From the IMG/VR virus record IMGVR_UViG_2651869781_000013: a stretch of DNA of 36,125 nucleotides, one strand, 5' to 3'. The DNA comes from a virus (lineage: Duplodnaviria; Heunggongvirae; Uroviricota; Caudoviricetes). Made by a program: the position numbers and the translations under genes. Below the pieces are notes generated by a model. That model did no database searches, was not told where the DNA came from, and was given only the letters and a program-made list of their open reading frames with translations. Below are positions 10,768 through 19,362 of this stretch, piece after piece (the first letter of the stretch is position 1; each line of letters starts with the position of its first letter).

Positions 10768-10791
10768 TTTCTTAAACGTTGGTTTAGGAGA
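10768..10791. repeat. gix/hix-like inversion crossover site 1
   Basis: TTCTTAAACGTTGGTTTAGGAGAA; its reverse complement TTCTCCTAAACC-AA-CGTTTAAGAA matches the left half and AA core of site 2; about 55 bp upstream of the invertase gene. Confidence 0.7.
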
Positions 10792-11137
10792 AGCGGCGAA
10801 AAGGGATGTGGGCACAGGAGATAATCAGATACCTGATATGTCTTACTGGTCTTCACCGGCAGGCGGAATTAATTTCCCGAATGGGTTCCAGATGCGATTC
10901 GGGACTATCGCTGGTACTGGTGGAAAATTATTTTCTACGCCATTTACAAATCAGTGCTATGGCATTGTTTTCGGACAAACATATGGAGCCAACTACTGGA
11001 TGTTCAGCCCGATGTACAGAGCATCTGATCTGAGTAATACCGGTTTTGCATTCATTAACAAAACCTGGTCTGGCGTTCCGGGGGTAGGTTCTCAGGACGC
11101 TGGTGAATCAGTTTTTTATATTGCAGTAGGGTATTAA
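10781..11137 (+). CDS. alternative tail-fibre C-terminal cassette (silent in this orientation)
   Basis: Open frame continuing in phase from the crossover site (GLGEAAKRDVGTGDNQ...); no independent promoter or RBS; would fuse to H residues 1-350 after inversion. Confidence 0.65.
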   Translation, partial: GLGEAAKRDVGTGDNQIPDMSYWSSPAGGINFPNGFQMRFGTIAGTGGKLFSTPFTNQCYGIVFGQTYGANYWMFSPMYRASDLSNTGFAFINKTWSGVPGVGSQDAGESVFYIAVGY

Positions 11138-11138
11138 T

Positions 11139-11582
11139 ATGGAAATGGTTTATAGCGCCTCAAATAATAGTTTTTTCGCTAAAAATGATGTGGCGAAATA
11201 TGAACAGACCGGATGGGAACTTGCTGATATTGTCGAAGTGACATATGACACTTACCTGGAATTTATTGAAGACAGAACGTTGCAAGGGAAAGTACGCATC
11301 GCGGGTGATGATGGCCTTCCCGCCTGGGGGGAAATTCCACCGCCAACTCATGAGGAACAAATTGCCGCAGCCGAACTGGAAAAGCAGCAATTGATTAATC
11401 AGGTCAACGAATACATATACAGTAAGCAATGGCCTGGTAAAGCAGCGATTGGTCGCCTGAAAGGTGAGGAACTGGCGCAATATAATTTGTGGCTGGATTA
11501 TCTGGACGCACTGGAACTGGTTGATACCTCCAGTGCTCCAGATATTGAATGGCCTACGCCTCCGGCAGTTCAGGCCAGATGA
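11139..11582 (+). CDS. alternative tail fibre assembly protein (Tfa, U'-like)
   Basis: 147 aa, ATG right after the cassette stop (TAATATG); C-terminus APDIEWP resembles the active Tfa C-terminus APDVIWP. Confidence 0.75.
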   Translation: MEMVYSASNNSFFAKNDVAKYEQTGWELADIVEVTYDTYLEFIEDRTLQGKVRIAGDDGLPAWGEIPPPTHEEQIAAAELEKQQLINQVNEYIYSKQWPGKAAIGRLKGEELAQYNLWLDYLDALELVDTSSAPDIEWPTPPAVQAR

Positions 11583-12165
11583 CATCCGGCGCGGTGCTCG
11601 TATCTGTTGCCGTCACCGCGTCAATGTAATCAAGCACGGCGTTAAGCCGGGTGGTTTCTGCCTGCGTCAGCTTCCGCCCGGCCTGTAATTTCAGCTGAAT
11701 CAGACTGATGGAAGCCATTGCAGCATCAATCAGTGACTGGCGCTGTGCTTCTGCCGCTTCTACTGCGGCGCTATGCTGTGCCTCAGTATCTGTCACCCAT
11801 TTCTCACCATCCCATTCATCGTATGGAGTTAACGGGGCGATAGTGGTTGTATTTTCAGGATATTCGCCAATTTCGGTGATGGTGATTTCATCGCCGTTTT
11901 CAGTGTTGTAAACAGTTTCGCCACGATGGTCAGCAACGTATTCCCAACTGGTTAAATCAGCCTTGCGGCAGATTGCGAAACCTTCTTTTTTGCTGCCCGG
12001 CGCATCAACGCAGGAATTAGCTGGAACGCCAGCGCCAACCGGCAGATATTCAACGGATGAACCAATATATTCACGCGTTTCGCCATTGTAGTTGTAAACG
12101 GTAATAAATCCAGCCTCAGTGGCAAAACCGTTTTCATCCAAAGTGATTTTTTTTGTGGTCATCAT
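11554..12165 (-). CDS. G: tail fibre assembly protein (gpG-like Tfa), active orientation
   Basis: 203 aa, ATG overlapping the H stop (ATGA); convergent with and overlapping the alternative tfa by 29 nt. Confidence 0.8.
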   Translation of the reverse strand: MMTTKKITLDENGFATEAGFITVYNYNGETREYIGSSVEYLPVGAGVPANSCVDAPGSKKEGFAICRKADLTSWEYVADHRGETVYNTENGDEITITEIGEYPENTTTIAPLTPYDEWDGEKWVTDTEAQHSAAVEAAEAQRQSLIDAAMASISLIQLKLQAGRKLTQAETTRLNAVLDYIDAVTATDTSTAPDVIWPELPEA

Positions 12166-13625
12166 GCTGCCCTTACAATGTAGTTAAATGCAATGTTGCG
12201 CGGCCTTGTTTCAGTCCCACCCGTCGCATTAGTTTCCCTACTGGAGGTGCCTCCGGTTTTTAATACATCATCTGCGCTGGTAGCTGATGTTGCCCCGCTA
12301 ACTCGGATAGCTAATAAATGCGTATGAGATTGGATTGCTCCTCCCTGCGCAGATAGCAATGCACGGCCACTATCTATCCCTCGACCATCATCCCAGCCAC
12401 GAATAAATTCACCGCATAAATCAGGCACTTTATTTGTCGGATAAGCCTTCGCCAGTTCCGGGTATTCTTCAGCAGAAAAAGCGGCACCGTTGCATTTCAG
12501 CCAGCCTGTTGGCGGAGTGGCGGAAGGCCACGGAACAGGCACGCCAACGGGTAATGCCGAACCTTCTCCCAAACCAAGGTATGTGAGAAGACCAGCTACA
12601 TCCTTTCCACTCAAATTGGTAAGCGTATTGTCCAGCGGTTGTTTACCTGCCAGCGCATTAAGCATTGTCGTGGCAAAGTTCGGATCATTCCCCAGTGCCG
12701 CCGCCAGTTCGTTCAGTGTATCCAGTGCAGCAGGTGCAGAACCCACCATTCCTGCAATCGCCGATTTCACAAAAGCCGTAGTGGCAATCTGTGTATTGTT
12801 GACCGACTGCGCCGCCGTGGGGGCTGTTGGCGTTCCGGTGAGTGCCGGACTCGACAACGGTGCTTTTAGTGCCAGCGCATTGTTAATGGTGGTACTGAAA
12901 TTCGGATCATTGTTAATGGCTGCGGCTATTTCTTTCAGCGTGTCCAGCGTGGCTGGCGCACCATTAATAAGGGCCGTCAGTGCCGCCTGTACAAACGCAG
13001 TGGTCGCAACCTGCGTGGTATTATTCCCCGCCGCTGGCGTTGGCGCTTTGGGGGTTCCGGTAAATGTCGGGCTGGCTTTTGGCGCGTACTGTGAATGCGG
13101 GTCCGGTGCGGCAAGATGTTTTGCCATCTGATCATCCGCGTACACCTTCAGCTCCAGTGCCTTGTCATCCACATACTTGCGGGTTGCCAGCACTACAGCA
13201 GGGTCGATTTTCAGGGTGATATTGTCCGTGCTGCTGGTAATCAGCACCATGCGCACGGTCTGAGTGCGCCCGCTACCTTCAGCCAGTTGCGGCTTATAGC
13301 TTTCCGGGCAGTTGCCCACGGCAATCAATGCCCCGGACTCATCAAACAAGCCCACTTCACGTATCCACCAACCGCCCTCGTTTTCAGGGATCACCTGTTC
13401 GGCAATAATCTGGCTGCTGTTCTGCGTGTCGATATAAAGCATATTCAGCGCAGCCCGGCGTTTCTCATTTACCAGTGCCGTCTGCTTTGCGTCCGGCGTT
13501 GGCAATACTCCACCGCCATCGCCCACCGCCATATGGGTAATTTTTAGCGGCACACCGAGCGCGGCGGCGCTGGCAAGTTTCGCCGCGCCAATATCCGTCA
13601 GCAGGGTATAAAATTTTGTGCTCAT
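12162..13625 (-). CDS. H: tail fibre protein gpH (constant N-terminus plus currently expressed variable C-terminus)
   Basis: 487 aa; Ala/Thr-rich repeats; crossover site falls at codons 346-355. Confidence 0.85.
   Translation of the reverse strand: MSTKFYTLLTDIGAAKLASAAALGVPLKITHMAVGDGGGVLPTPDAKQTALVNEKRRAALNMLYIDTQNSSQIIAEQVIPENEGGWWIREVGLFDESGALIAVGNCPESYKPQLAEGSGRTQTVRMVLITSSTDNITLKIDPAVVLATRKYVDDKALELKVYADDQMAKHLAAPDPHSQYAPKASPTFTGTPKAPTPAAGNNTTQVATTAFVQAALTALINGAPATLDTLKEIAAAINNDPNFSTTINNALALKAPLSSPALTGTPTAPTAAQSVNNTQIATTAFVKSAIAGMVGSAPAALDTLNELAAALGNDPNFATTMLNALAGKQPLDNTLTNLSGKDVAGLLTYLGLGEGSALPVGVPVPWPSATPPTGWLKCNGAAFSAEEYPELAKAYPTNKVPDLCGEFIRGWDDGRGIDSGRALLSAQGGAIQSHTHLLAIRVSGATSATSADDVLKTGGTSSRETNATGGTETRPRNIAFNYIVRAA
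12564..12589. repeat. gix/hix-like inversion crossover site 2 (inside H)
   Basis: TTCTCCCAAACC-AA-GGTATGTGAGAA on the plus strand; inverted relative to site 1; encodes LLTYLGLGEG in the H frame. Confidence 0.7.
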
Positions 13626-14227
13626 GGATTCACTCTCATTGTGTCAATAACATGGACCGCCCCGCCTTCATGCGCGGTGCCACCGGAAATAATCGTTTCG
13701 TTGATATACGGATAGATCGTGATTTCTTCGCCAAGATAGCTGGCGGCTCCCACCCAATGCGGGCCGCTGGTCTGCAGATTGATGGACATGCCGATCATGT
13801 GGCGGCTACATGGTTTGGCATCGCTTATCAGTCGCTCAAGTTCCAGATAGGTATCTTCAGTGATGCCCTGGTCCTGCACGCCGATATCCAGGCGAAACGT
13901 GCCCGGTGTTTCTCCGGTCTGCCACCACTCAATAATGCGGATCAGGAATCCGAACGGTTCCACCACCCGCCGCACGGCACTGGTGGTTCCTTTATGCTGA
14001 TGAATATAAAAAGCATCCTTCACTACCTGGCGTTTGACGCTTTCTGTCCAGCCCTCGTCCCAGCGATCCACAGAGAACGCCCAGGCGAGATAAGGCAGGA
14101 AGCTGACCGGACAGGTAGCCGGATTCCACAAGTCACGAAGCGGCACCTGCAAATCAGAAATCCCGCTACAGGTTTGCGCCAGTCGGCGCTCCAGTGAAGT
14201 TGAACCCGGTGGCAGCAGACTATTCAT
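13622..14227 (-). CDS. I: baseplate protein gpI
   Basis: 201 aa, ATG; follows J in P2 order. Confidence 0.8.
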   Translation of the reverse strand: MNSLLPPGSTSLERRLAQTCSGISDLQVPLRDLWNPATCPVSFLPYLAWAFSVDRWDEGWTESVKRQVVKDAFYIHQHKGTTSAVRRVVEPFGFLIRIIEWWQTGETPGTFRLDIGVQDQGITEDTYLELERLISDAKPCSRHMIGMSINLQTSGPHWVGAASYLGEEITIYPYINETIISGGTAHEGGAVHVIDTMRVNP

Positions 14228-15128
14228 CCGTTCCTCCGTTGGTTACGCTCCACTGCGTACATGATGCCGCCTGTGTTTTGTTCAGGACCACATCCGCCAG
14301 CGGAGAAGCCAGTTCCACACGTTGAACACCCTCAACATGCAGAGCAGCAAAGATGGCGCTACGGCGAATATCCCGACCAAGCCTCGTCTGGCTGGCAATG
14401 TACTTCTGCAGACTAGCTTTTGCCGCTGCCATTACCGGCTCTGCTTCCGGTCCCGGATAGAGAAAAATGGTGGCTTCCACGCGATACGGGATGATTTCTG
14501 CGCTGCGAACCGTAAGACGGTCAGCCACCGGGCGGACGTTCTCACTGTTCAGAGCTTTTTCCACCACGTCCAGCAGGTCTTTTTCTGCAGTTCCATCGCC
14601 TTCGCGGCTAAGGACAGTCAGCACCACCTCTGCAGGTGCCGGGCTGGTTGCACTGGCATCCGCCACCCGACCGTCGGCGCTTCGGGCATGAAATTCATAA
14701 GCTGCAGTTGGCCCCGCAACAGAAAGCCCTTCAAAGGCTGCAGGCACACGCAGGCGCAACGCTTCATCGCTTTCCATCACAGCTGCAACGGGCGGCACAG
14801 CATCATTATCAGCAGGCGTCACCGTCAGGCGTGTCACGTTGTAGTTGGCAGCGAGCTGGTCAAGATCGCCGCCCATCGCGTAAGCCACCATCACCGCCTG
14901 CGCGGCTTCGTTAATACGCTGGCGCAGAAGCAACTCACGGTAAGCGTTCTCCTGCAACAATTTAGTGGCGGGTTCAGATTCCAGTTCCAGCGTGCGGATC
15001 ACTGCTTCCTGCTCATCTTTCGGATGAAGCGCCACAAATTCTGCCTTGCGTTCGGCAAGCAGCGTCTCAAAGTCCGGCACATCCACAATCTGCGGTGCAG
15101 GCAACTGCGAAAGGTCAATCACTGCCAT
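14220..15128 (-). CDS. J: baseplate protein gpJ
   Basis: 302 aa from ATG 15128 (MAVIDLSQLPAPQ...), RBS AGGAG; ORF-track start at 15167 is a GTG extension. Confidence 0.85.
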   Translation of the reverse strand: MAVIDLSQLPAPQIVDVPDFETLLAERKAEFVALHPKDEQEAVIRTLELESEPATKLLQENAYRELLLRQRINEAAQAVMVAYAMGGDLDQLAANYNVTRLTVTPADNDAVPPVAAVMESDEALRLRVPAAFEGLSVAGPTAAYEFHARSADGRVADASATSPAPAEVVLTVLSREGDGTAEKDLLDVVEKALNSENVRPVADRLTVRSAEIIPYRVEATIFLYPGPEAEPVMAAAKASLQKYIASQTRLGRDIRRSAIFAALHVEGVQRVELASPLADVVLNKTQAASCTQWSVTNGGTDE

Positions 15129-15474
15129 TCTCTGCTCCTGTTGATACGGAAAGGGACACAGGCACACCGTTATTCCGCCGCCCGGTCAGCTCCACCACCA
15201 TTGAACCGTCAAAATTGCTGTTGATGGTGATGGAATCCAGCGTCAACCGTGGCTCCCAGCGACTCAGCGCCACATACACTGCCGACATGACCTGCAGGCG
15301 TAATGCCGGATTTTGTGGCTGATCTATCAGTGCCGACAGCAGGGAACCATATTCCCGGCGGGCAATACGGCTACCCTGCGGTGTCAGCAGAATGTCCCGC
15401 ACCGACTGGCGCAGATGATCAATATCAGTAATGACTTTGCCGCTGGTATTGTTCATCCCGCTATAAAGCGTCAT
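15115..15474 (-). CDS. W: baseplate wedge protein gpW (GPW/gp25 family)
   Basis: 119 aa, ATG overlapping the V stop; P2 order V-W-J. Confidence 0.8.
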   Translation of the reverse strand: MTLYSGMNNTSGKVITDIDHLRQSVRDILLTPQGSRIARREYGSLLSALIDQPQNPALRLQVMSAVYVALSRWEPRLTLDSITINSNFDGSMVVELTGRRNNGVPVSLSVSTGAENGSD

Positions 15475-16049
15475 ACCGGGCCTCCGGTTGTATCGCCGCC
15501 TTTCAGGACGCCAGTATGCTGATGCGCATCAACCACGATCCCGTTAGAACTCATCGCTCCGCCGCCCTGGGTAACGCCACCATTGATCACCACTTCGCTG
15601 TTAATGCGCGTGCGGTCAGCCTCCAGTACAAACTCACTGGTTTTCATGGTGATGTTGTCAGCAGCCTCAATGACCATTGATTTGATGCCCCTGACATACC
15701 AGCGCCCGGTGGCGGGTTCGTATTCAAACCAGCCACCGTCAGGATGTTCTGTTACGCAGGCGTCCGCCGACGTCGACGGTGGTGCGAACTGATTCGAATA
15801 GACAGCGGGCAGCGCAAAGGCGGTTTCCAGATTGCCGCCCAGACTCAGCAGCACCACCTGCTCACCTTCCGATGGTCGCCACCATGTACGGGCATTCCCG
15901 GCACGCAGCGTCAGCCAGCTGATCCAGTTGGTTTCAAGCTCGCCCGTTTTCACCCGGCAAAGCCAGTTTTCCCTGTCCACTTCGGTGACTACCCCTGTGC
16001 GGATCAGGTTGGTGATAAGGCGCATGATTTCGGTTAATTGTGCGTTCAT
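15471..16049 (-). CDS. V: baseplate spike protein gpV
   Basis: 192 aa; start at ATG 16049 has a weak RBS, so the start is uncertain. Confidence 0.8.
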   Translation of the reverse strand: MNAQLTEIMRLITNLIRTGVVTEVDRENWLCRVKTGELETNWISWLTLRAGNARTWWRPSEGEQVVLLSLGGNLETAFALPAVYSNQFAPPSTSADACVTEHPDGGWFEYEPATGRWYVRGIKSMVIEAADNITMKTSEFVLEADRTRINSEVVINGGVTQGGGAMSSNGIVVDAHQHTGVLKGGDTTGGPV

Positions 16050-16095
16050 AGGGAAAGGTTGCCATCAGGGGAAGAAAGGCGGCAGTGCTGCAACT

Positions 16096-16113
16096 TGTAT
16101 CAGTGCTGATACA
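16096..16113. promoter_or_regulatory. Ogr-type activator dyad of late promoter P_V
   Basis: Perfect palindrome TGTATCAGTGCTGATACA in the S-V intergenic region. Confidence 0.6.
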
Positions 16114-16117
16114 AAGA

Positions 16118-16564
16118 TCATCCCGCCAGCCATTGCAGAATCATGTCGCGGGTCATTGCCTCAACATCATCATTTACACCCAGCAGGCGGCGCTCTGCGT
16201 AACGGACCTCCGGTCCTTTGCGACTGACGCGATCACGCAGGCCGTAATGGTGAACACAGGCAATACGCTGCACCTTGCCTTCAAACTGTACGCAGGCAGA
16301 GTCGGCGCTGGCGGCAGTTTTCAGGTATTTTGTGGTGCGCAACTTTGCAAACATCTGACGTTTGATGCGGCCTTTTTTGCTGCGTGCTGTTACCCTGCGC
16401 GGTTCATAACTGCTGCCATCTGGATTGCGCTGCATCCTGATATTCTGCTGCTGTGTCCGGCGCAGTTCCTGCGCCAGCTGGCGCATCATGCGGCTTCTCG
16501 TGGCTGGTTCCAGATTCGCCAGCAAGGCACTCAGCCAGTCGTCCACCTTCTGCAGTTCAGCCAC
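16118..16564 (-). CDS. S: tail completion protein gpS
   Basis: 148 aa, GTG start overlapping the end of R. Confidence 0.75.
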   Translation of the reverse strand: MAELQKVDDWLSALLANLEPATRSRMMRQLAQELRRTQQQNIRMQRNPDGSSYEPRRVTARSKKGRIKRQMFAKLRTTKYLKTAASADSACVQFEGKVQRIACVHHYGLRDRVSRKGPEVRYAERRLLGVNDDVEAMTRDMILQWLAG

Positions 16565-16988
16565 GTTTCACCGTCCACATTTCTTCAGGTTCATCGGGTT
16601 CTGCTACAGCTTCAACGCTCGACACACTGCCGTCAGTACTGACCAGCACACGTTCCGTCAATTGCAGGTTAAGGCTGATATCACAGACATCGTTGCGCAA
16701 AATATCCACCTCAAAGGTGAATAGTTTTTCCCGTAACGCCGGGTTATTGATGGCATCGGGCTGGTTATCCCTCAGCCACAGCAAAACCGGGGCCATCAGC
16801 AGATTCTGGTCGCCGCTGAAATCCTCAATCACCGCGTTCAGGGTGTAACGGTACTCCCACGACATGGAGCTGGCCCCCGTGGCAACCAGCGAACCGTTAT
16901 CCACAAACAGATGCAGTTTGTCCGGGTTATTGCGGACATAAGGCACCGCTTTATTGAGGGCGTGGCGCAGGGATTGTGGTTTGTTCAC
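16557..16988 (-). CDS. R: tail completion protein gpR
   Basis: 143 aa from GTG 16988 with RBS AGGAG; ORF-track start at 17009 is TTG. Confidence 0.7.
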   Translation of the reverse strand: MNKPQSLRHALNKAVPYVRNNPDKLHLFVDNGSLVATGASSMSWEYRYTLNAVIEDFSGDQNLLMAPVLLWLRDNQPDAINNPALREKLFTFEVDILRNDVCDISLNLQLTERVLVSTDGSVSSVEAVAEPDEPEEMWTVKRG

Positions 16989-17241
16989 TGTTTCGCTCCT
17001 GACACGCAATAATCATGTCCACTTTGTCTGCACAGACCGCCCAGGCAGCCTCCGTTTCATCCAGCAACGCGTTCAGATCACCATTAGTGCGCGGCGTTGC
17101 CTGATCCAGCCGACACGGCGTCACTCGCGGACAACCACTGACGGTAAGCCGTGCCTCCGGTGAGTGCCGGACGTTCCCGCAGCCGGATAATGTCAGCAGG
17201 CAAAGGAGTATCAGCCCAGCGACGTAAATCCTCGTTCTCAC
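16951..17241 (-). CDS. lysC: o-spanin LysC (Rz1-like outer-membrane lipoprotein)
   Basis: 96-aa ORF in an alternative frame overlapping the 3' part of lysB; signal peptide with lipobox LSGC; apparent GTG start. Confidence 0.6.
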   Translation of the reverse strand: MRTRIYVAGLILLCLLTLSGCGNVRHSPEARLTVSGCPRVTPCRLDQATPRTNGDLNALLDETEAAWAVCADKVDMIIACQERNSEQTTIPAPRPQ

Positions 17242-17512
17242 GTTTCAGTTCCTCGATCCGGTGTTGTCGTTGTCTCAGCAGCGCGCTGGTCTGTTCTGCT
17301 TCGGCATAGAGCCGCGCCTGCTCCCGGTTATTGGTTTCAGTCAGAATGGACAGGCTGATAAGCTGGCTGTTGCTCTTTGCCAGTGCCTGGCTTTTGCTCT
17401 GCAGCTCGTCTGCCTGCGTGCTGATGGTCTGGCTGGCATCAGCCAGCCGCCACGTCTGCCAGCCCAGCGCCGCCAGTAATAACGCCAGCACAACCAGCAG
17501 CAACCGGTTCAT
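17084..17512 (-). CDS. lysB: i-spanin LysB (Rz-like)
   Basis: 142 aa, N-terminal TM helix then coiled-coil region; ATG start. Confidence 0.75.
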   Translation of the reverse strand: MNRLLLVVLALLLAALGWQTWRLADASQTISTQADELQSKSQALAKSNSQLISLSILTETNNREQARLYAEAEQTSALLRQRQHRIEELKRENEDLRRWADTPLPADIIRLRERPALTGGTAYRQWLSASDAVSAGSGNAAH

Positions 17513-17886
17513 GCTGCTACCTGTTGAGCCATCTGATTACGGGTGATCCAGAAGGCAATAACGGTCAGTAGATAAAAGACCAGGGTAATAGCCCACCCCG
17601 TCCAGGCAAGACTGACGACAATCAGCAATCGCATCATCCAGCTGATAAATACGTTTTCTTTTCGGGTAATTGTCTTCAGCAAAGATGCCCTCAACTCCTG
17701 CCAGAGCGGGCCATTCTTAATTAACGCAGCCAGTGCTACCGGAATTACCGCCCATGTCAGCAAACAGGCTACCCAAACGCCGGACGCTGCCAGTACCGGA
17801 AAAATCCCCTGCGGATACACCATTGCTTCGATTAACAGCGCCATCCATAACATCAGAAACAGCCCGCTGATTAATTTCTTTTTCAT
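17509..17886 (-). CDS. lysA: LysA-like membrane protein (lysis timing)
   Basis: 125 aa from ATG 17886 (MKKKLISGLFLMLW...) with RBS GGAG; multiple TM helices. Confidence 0.65.
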   Translation of the reverse strand: MKKKLISGLFLMLWMALLIEAMVYPQGIFPVLAASGVWVACLLTWAVIPVALAALIKNGPLWQELRASLLKTITRKENVFISWMMRLLIVVSLAWTGWAITLVFYLLTVIAFWITRNQMAQQVAA

Positions 17887-17887
17887 T

Positions 17888-18400
17888 TCAGTTTGCTCCC
17901 TGTAAGCACCAGGCCATCTCCCGCGCACGGCGGTTATCCAGCCCCTGATTAAACACACCTTTCACATAAACCCAGCGCGGCAACTGTCGGCACGCATCCG
18001 CCCAGCGCCGCTGATTGAGTAATTTCACCAGCGTGGAGCTGCAGGCATTACCTATCCCCACGTTGAAGGCAAATGACACCACCGCGTCATACACTTTCTG
18101 CGGTGGCTGTTGCTTCACACACCTTTCCAGTGACCGCTCCACACGCAGCACGTTGGAGATAAGCCCTTCTGCTGCCTGTCGTTCCGTAATGGTTTTGCCG
18201 GGAATGACGCCAGATGTATTACCAATGCCGTCAGTCCATACACCCGCGCTGCACTGATACGGCTGCAGACGACAGCCTTCGTAATCGGCAATCAGTTTCA
18301 GCCCCTCCACGGAGGTGTGAAGCTGCTGAAAACCCGGCAGCGTGGCAGCAATAGCCAGCACGGTCCCGACAAGGCAGCGTTTAACGATTGATGGATTCAT
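17888..18400 (-). CDS. K: SAR endolysin (T4-lysozyme-like, GH24)
   Basis: 170 aa; N-terminal weakly hydrophobic Gly/Ala-rich segment (CLVGTVLAIAATLPG); catalytic pattern E-x8-C-x5-T (YEGCRLQPYQCSAGVWT). Confidence 0.75.
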   Translation of the reverse strand: MNPSIVKRCLVGTVLAIAATLPGFQQLHTSVEGLKLIADYEGCRLQPYQCSAGVWTDGIGNTSGVIPGKTITERQAAEGLISNVLRVERSLERCVKQQPPQKVYDAVVSFAFNVGIGNACSSTLVKLLNQRRWADACRQLPRWVYVKGVFNQGLDNRRAREMAWCLQGAN

Positions 18401-18596
18401 AGTCCTCCCGCGAGATCTGCCCGTCGCGCAGAAGCTGGTAGGCTTTGTGTTTGTAGTACCAGTTGATAGCCAGCATCAGCACACCAATCATCAGGCCGCC
18501 CAGCGTTGAGGCATCCTTGATGGACAAATCGCCCAGCCAGGCCAGCACAACGGCGATGCAGTACGTGATAAAGGCGCTGATTCGCTCAAGCGTCAT
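18381..18596 (-). CDS. Y: holin (possible pinholin partner of the SAR endolysin)
   Basis: 71 aa, two TM segments and a charged C-terminus; immediately upstream of the endolysin. Confidence 0.65.
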   Translation of the reverse strand: MTLERISAFITYCIAVVLAWLGDLSIKDASTLGGLMIGVLMLAINWYYKHKAYQLLRDGQISREDYESINR

Positions 18597-18599
18597 AAT

Positions 18600-18803
18600 T
18601 CAGTCCCATAGCTGGACGGTCTGCACGGTGGTGGTAGTCGGAATGTCCGGCAGCTCCACCTGCAGTCCGTGAGGTAAAAAGGGGCCGTATTCGGCAAGCC
18701 CCGGATTTGCCTTCAGTACCTGCTCCGTGACCCCCTGCGTGCGCCCGTAATGACGCCAGCAAAGCGCGTCCACCGTGTCATACTGATGCGCACGCACTTT
18801 CAT
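18600..18803 (-). CDS. X: tail protein gpX
   Basis: 67 aa, same length as P2 gpX and same position; ATG start. Confidence 0.75.
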   Translation of the reverse strand: MKVRAHQYDTVDALCWRHYGRTQGVTEQVLKANPGLAEYGPFLPHGLQVELPDIPTTTTVQTVQLWD

Positions 18804-19267
18804 CAGATAAGCTCCACTGTGCAGTGCGGCGCATCCTGCACCCGGCTGATGGCCCAGCGGGCGTCACGCCACAAATCACCGCTTGCTTCCGCCAGTTCCT
18901 CGCCCCGCTTCACACCGGACGCCGTGGCGTCATAGTCCTGGTATCGTTCGTTGAGCATGGCGCGTGCCCAGCAGTAAACCGCGTTGAAATAGTGCTGAAT
19001 GCGCTCACTTTTGCCGTCCAGCTGTTCCGCCGGAACTTCTGCCAGCGAGGCATACCCCAGCATCTGCTGGCGTCTGCGAAACTCATACAGCTCTGCGTTG
19101 ACCTCCGAAATTGCCGACAGCGCAACCTGCTTTAAACGCGGCTGCGTCACCGTGCCGTCAGTGCGCATCACGCTGCGAAACTCCGACAGGTCCACATCAG
19201 GCCAGAACGGCGTATTCCTGATGATTTCCGCCTGTTCCGGTGCCTGTTCTGGCGCAACAAACTTCAT
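18803..19267 (-). CDS. L: head completion protein gpL
   Basis: 154 aa from ATG 19267 (MKFVAPEQ...) with RBS AGGAG; P2 order M-L-X. Confidence 0.75.
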   Translation of the reverse strand: MKFVAPEQAPEQAEIIRNTPFWPDVDLSEFRSVMRTDGTVTQPRLKQVALSAISEVNAELYEFRRRQQMLGYASLAEVPAEQLDGKSERIQHYFNAVYCWARAMLNERYQDYDATASGVKRGEELAEASGDLWRDARWAISRVQDAPHCTVELI

Positions 19268-19362
19268 GCTGCTTTCTCCTGAAATAGAGGGCGGTGGACG
19301 GGGTTTTGATGTGGCAGTGCCTTTCGCCACCCCGTGCCGCCCGTGCGCGGGGGCACGTTATG

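Larger units (their letters stand above)
10780..12577. other. invertible tail-fibre DNA segment (G-segment-like host-range switch)
   Basis: Bounded by the two inverted gix-like sites; contains two convergent tfa genes and two alternative fibre C-termini; invertase gene adjacent. Confidence 0.7.

Noticed and set aside
10739-10780. N-terminal 14 codons (MMPVSCYLCIFLNV) of ORF 10739..11137 as an independent start
   Set aside because: This stretch spans the gix-like crossover site and has no RBS; the frame is better explained as a promoterless cassette that becomes the H C-terminus after inversion.
12490-13131. 213-aa plus-strand ORF
   Set aside because: Antisense to tail-fibre gene H; Ala/Gly/Val-rich translation mirrors the repetitive H codons; no RBS.
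14322-15224. 300-aa plus-strand ORF
   Set aside because: Antisense to baseplate gene J, spanning the J/W junction; no start context; the conserved gene is on the other strand.
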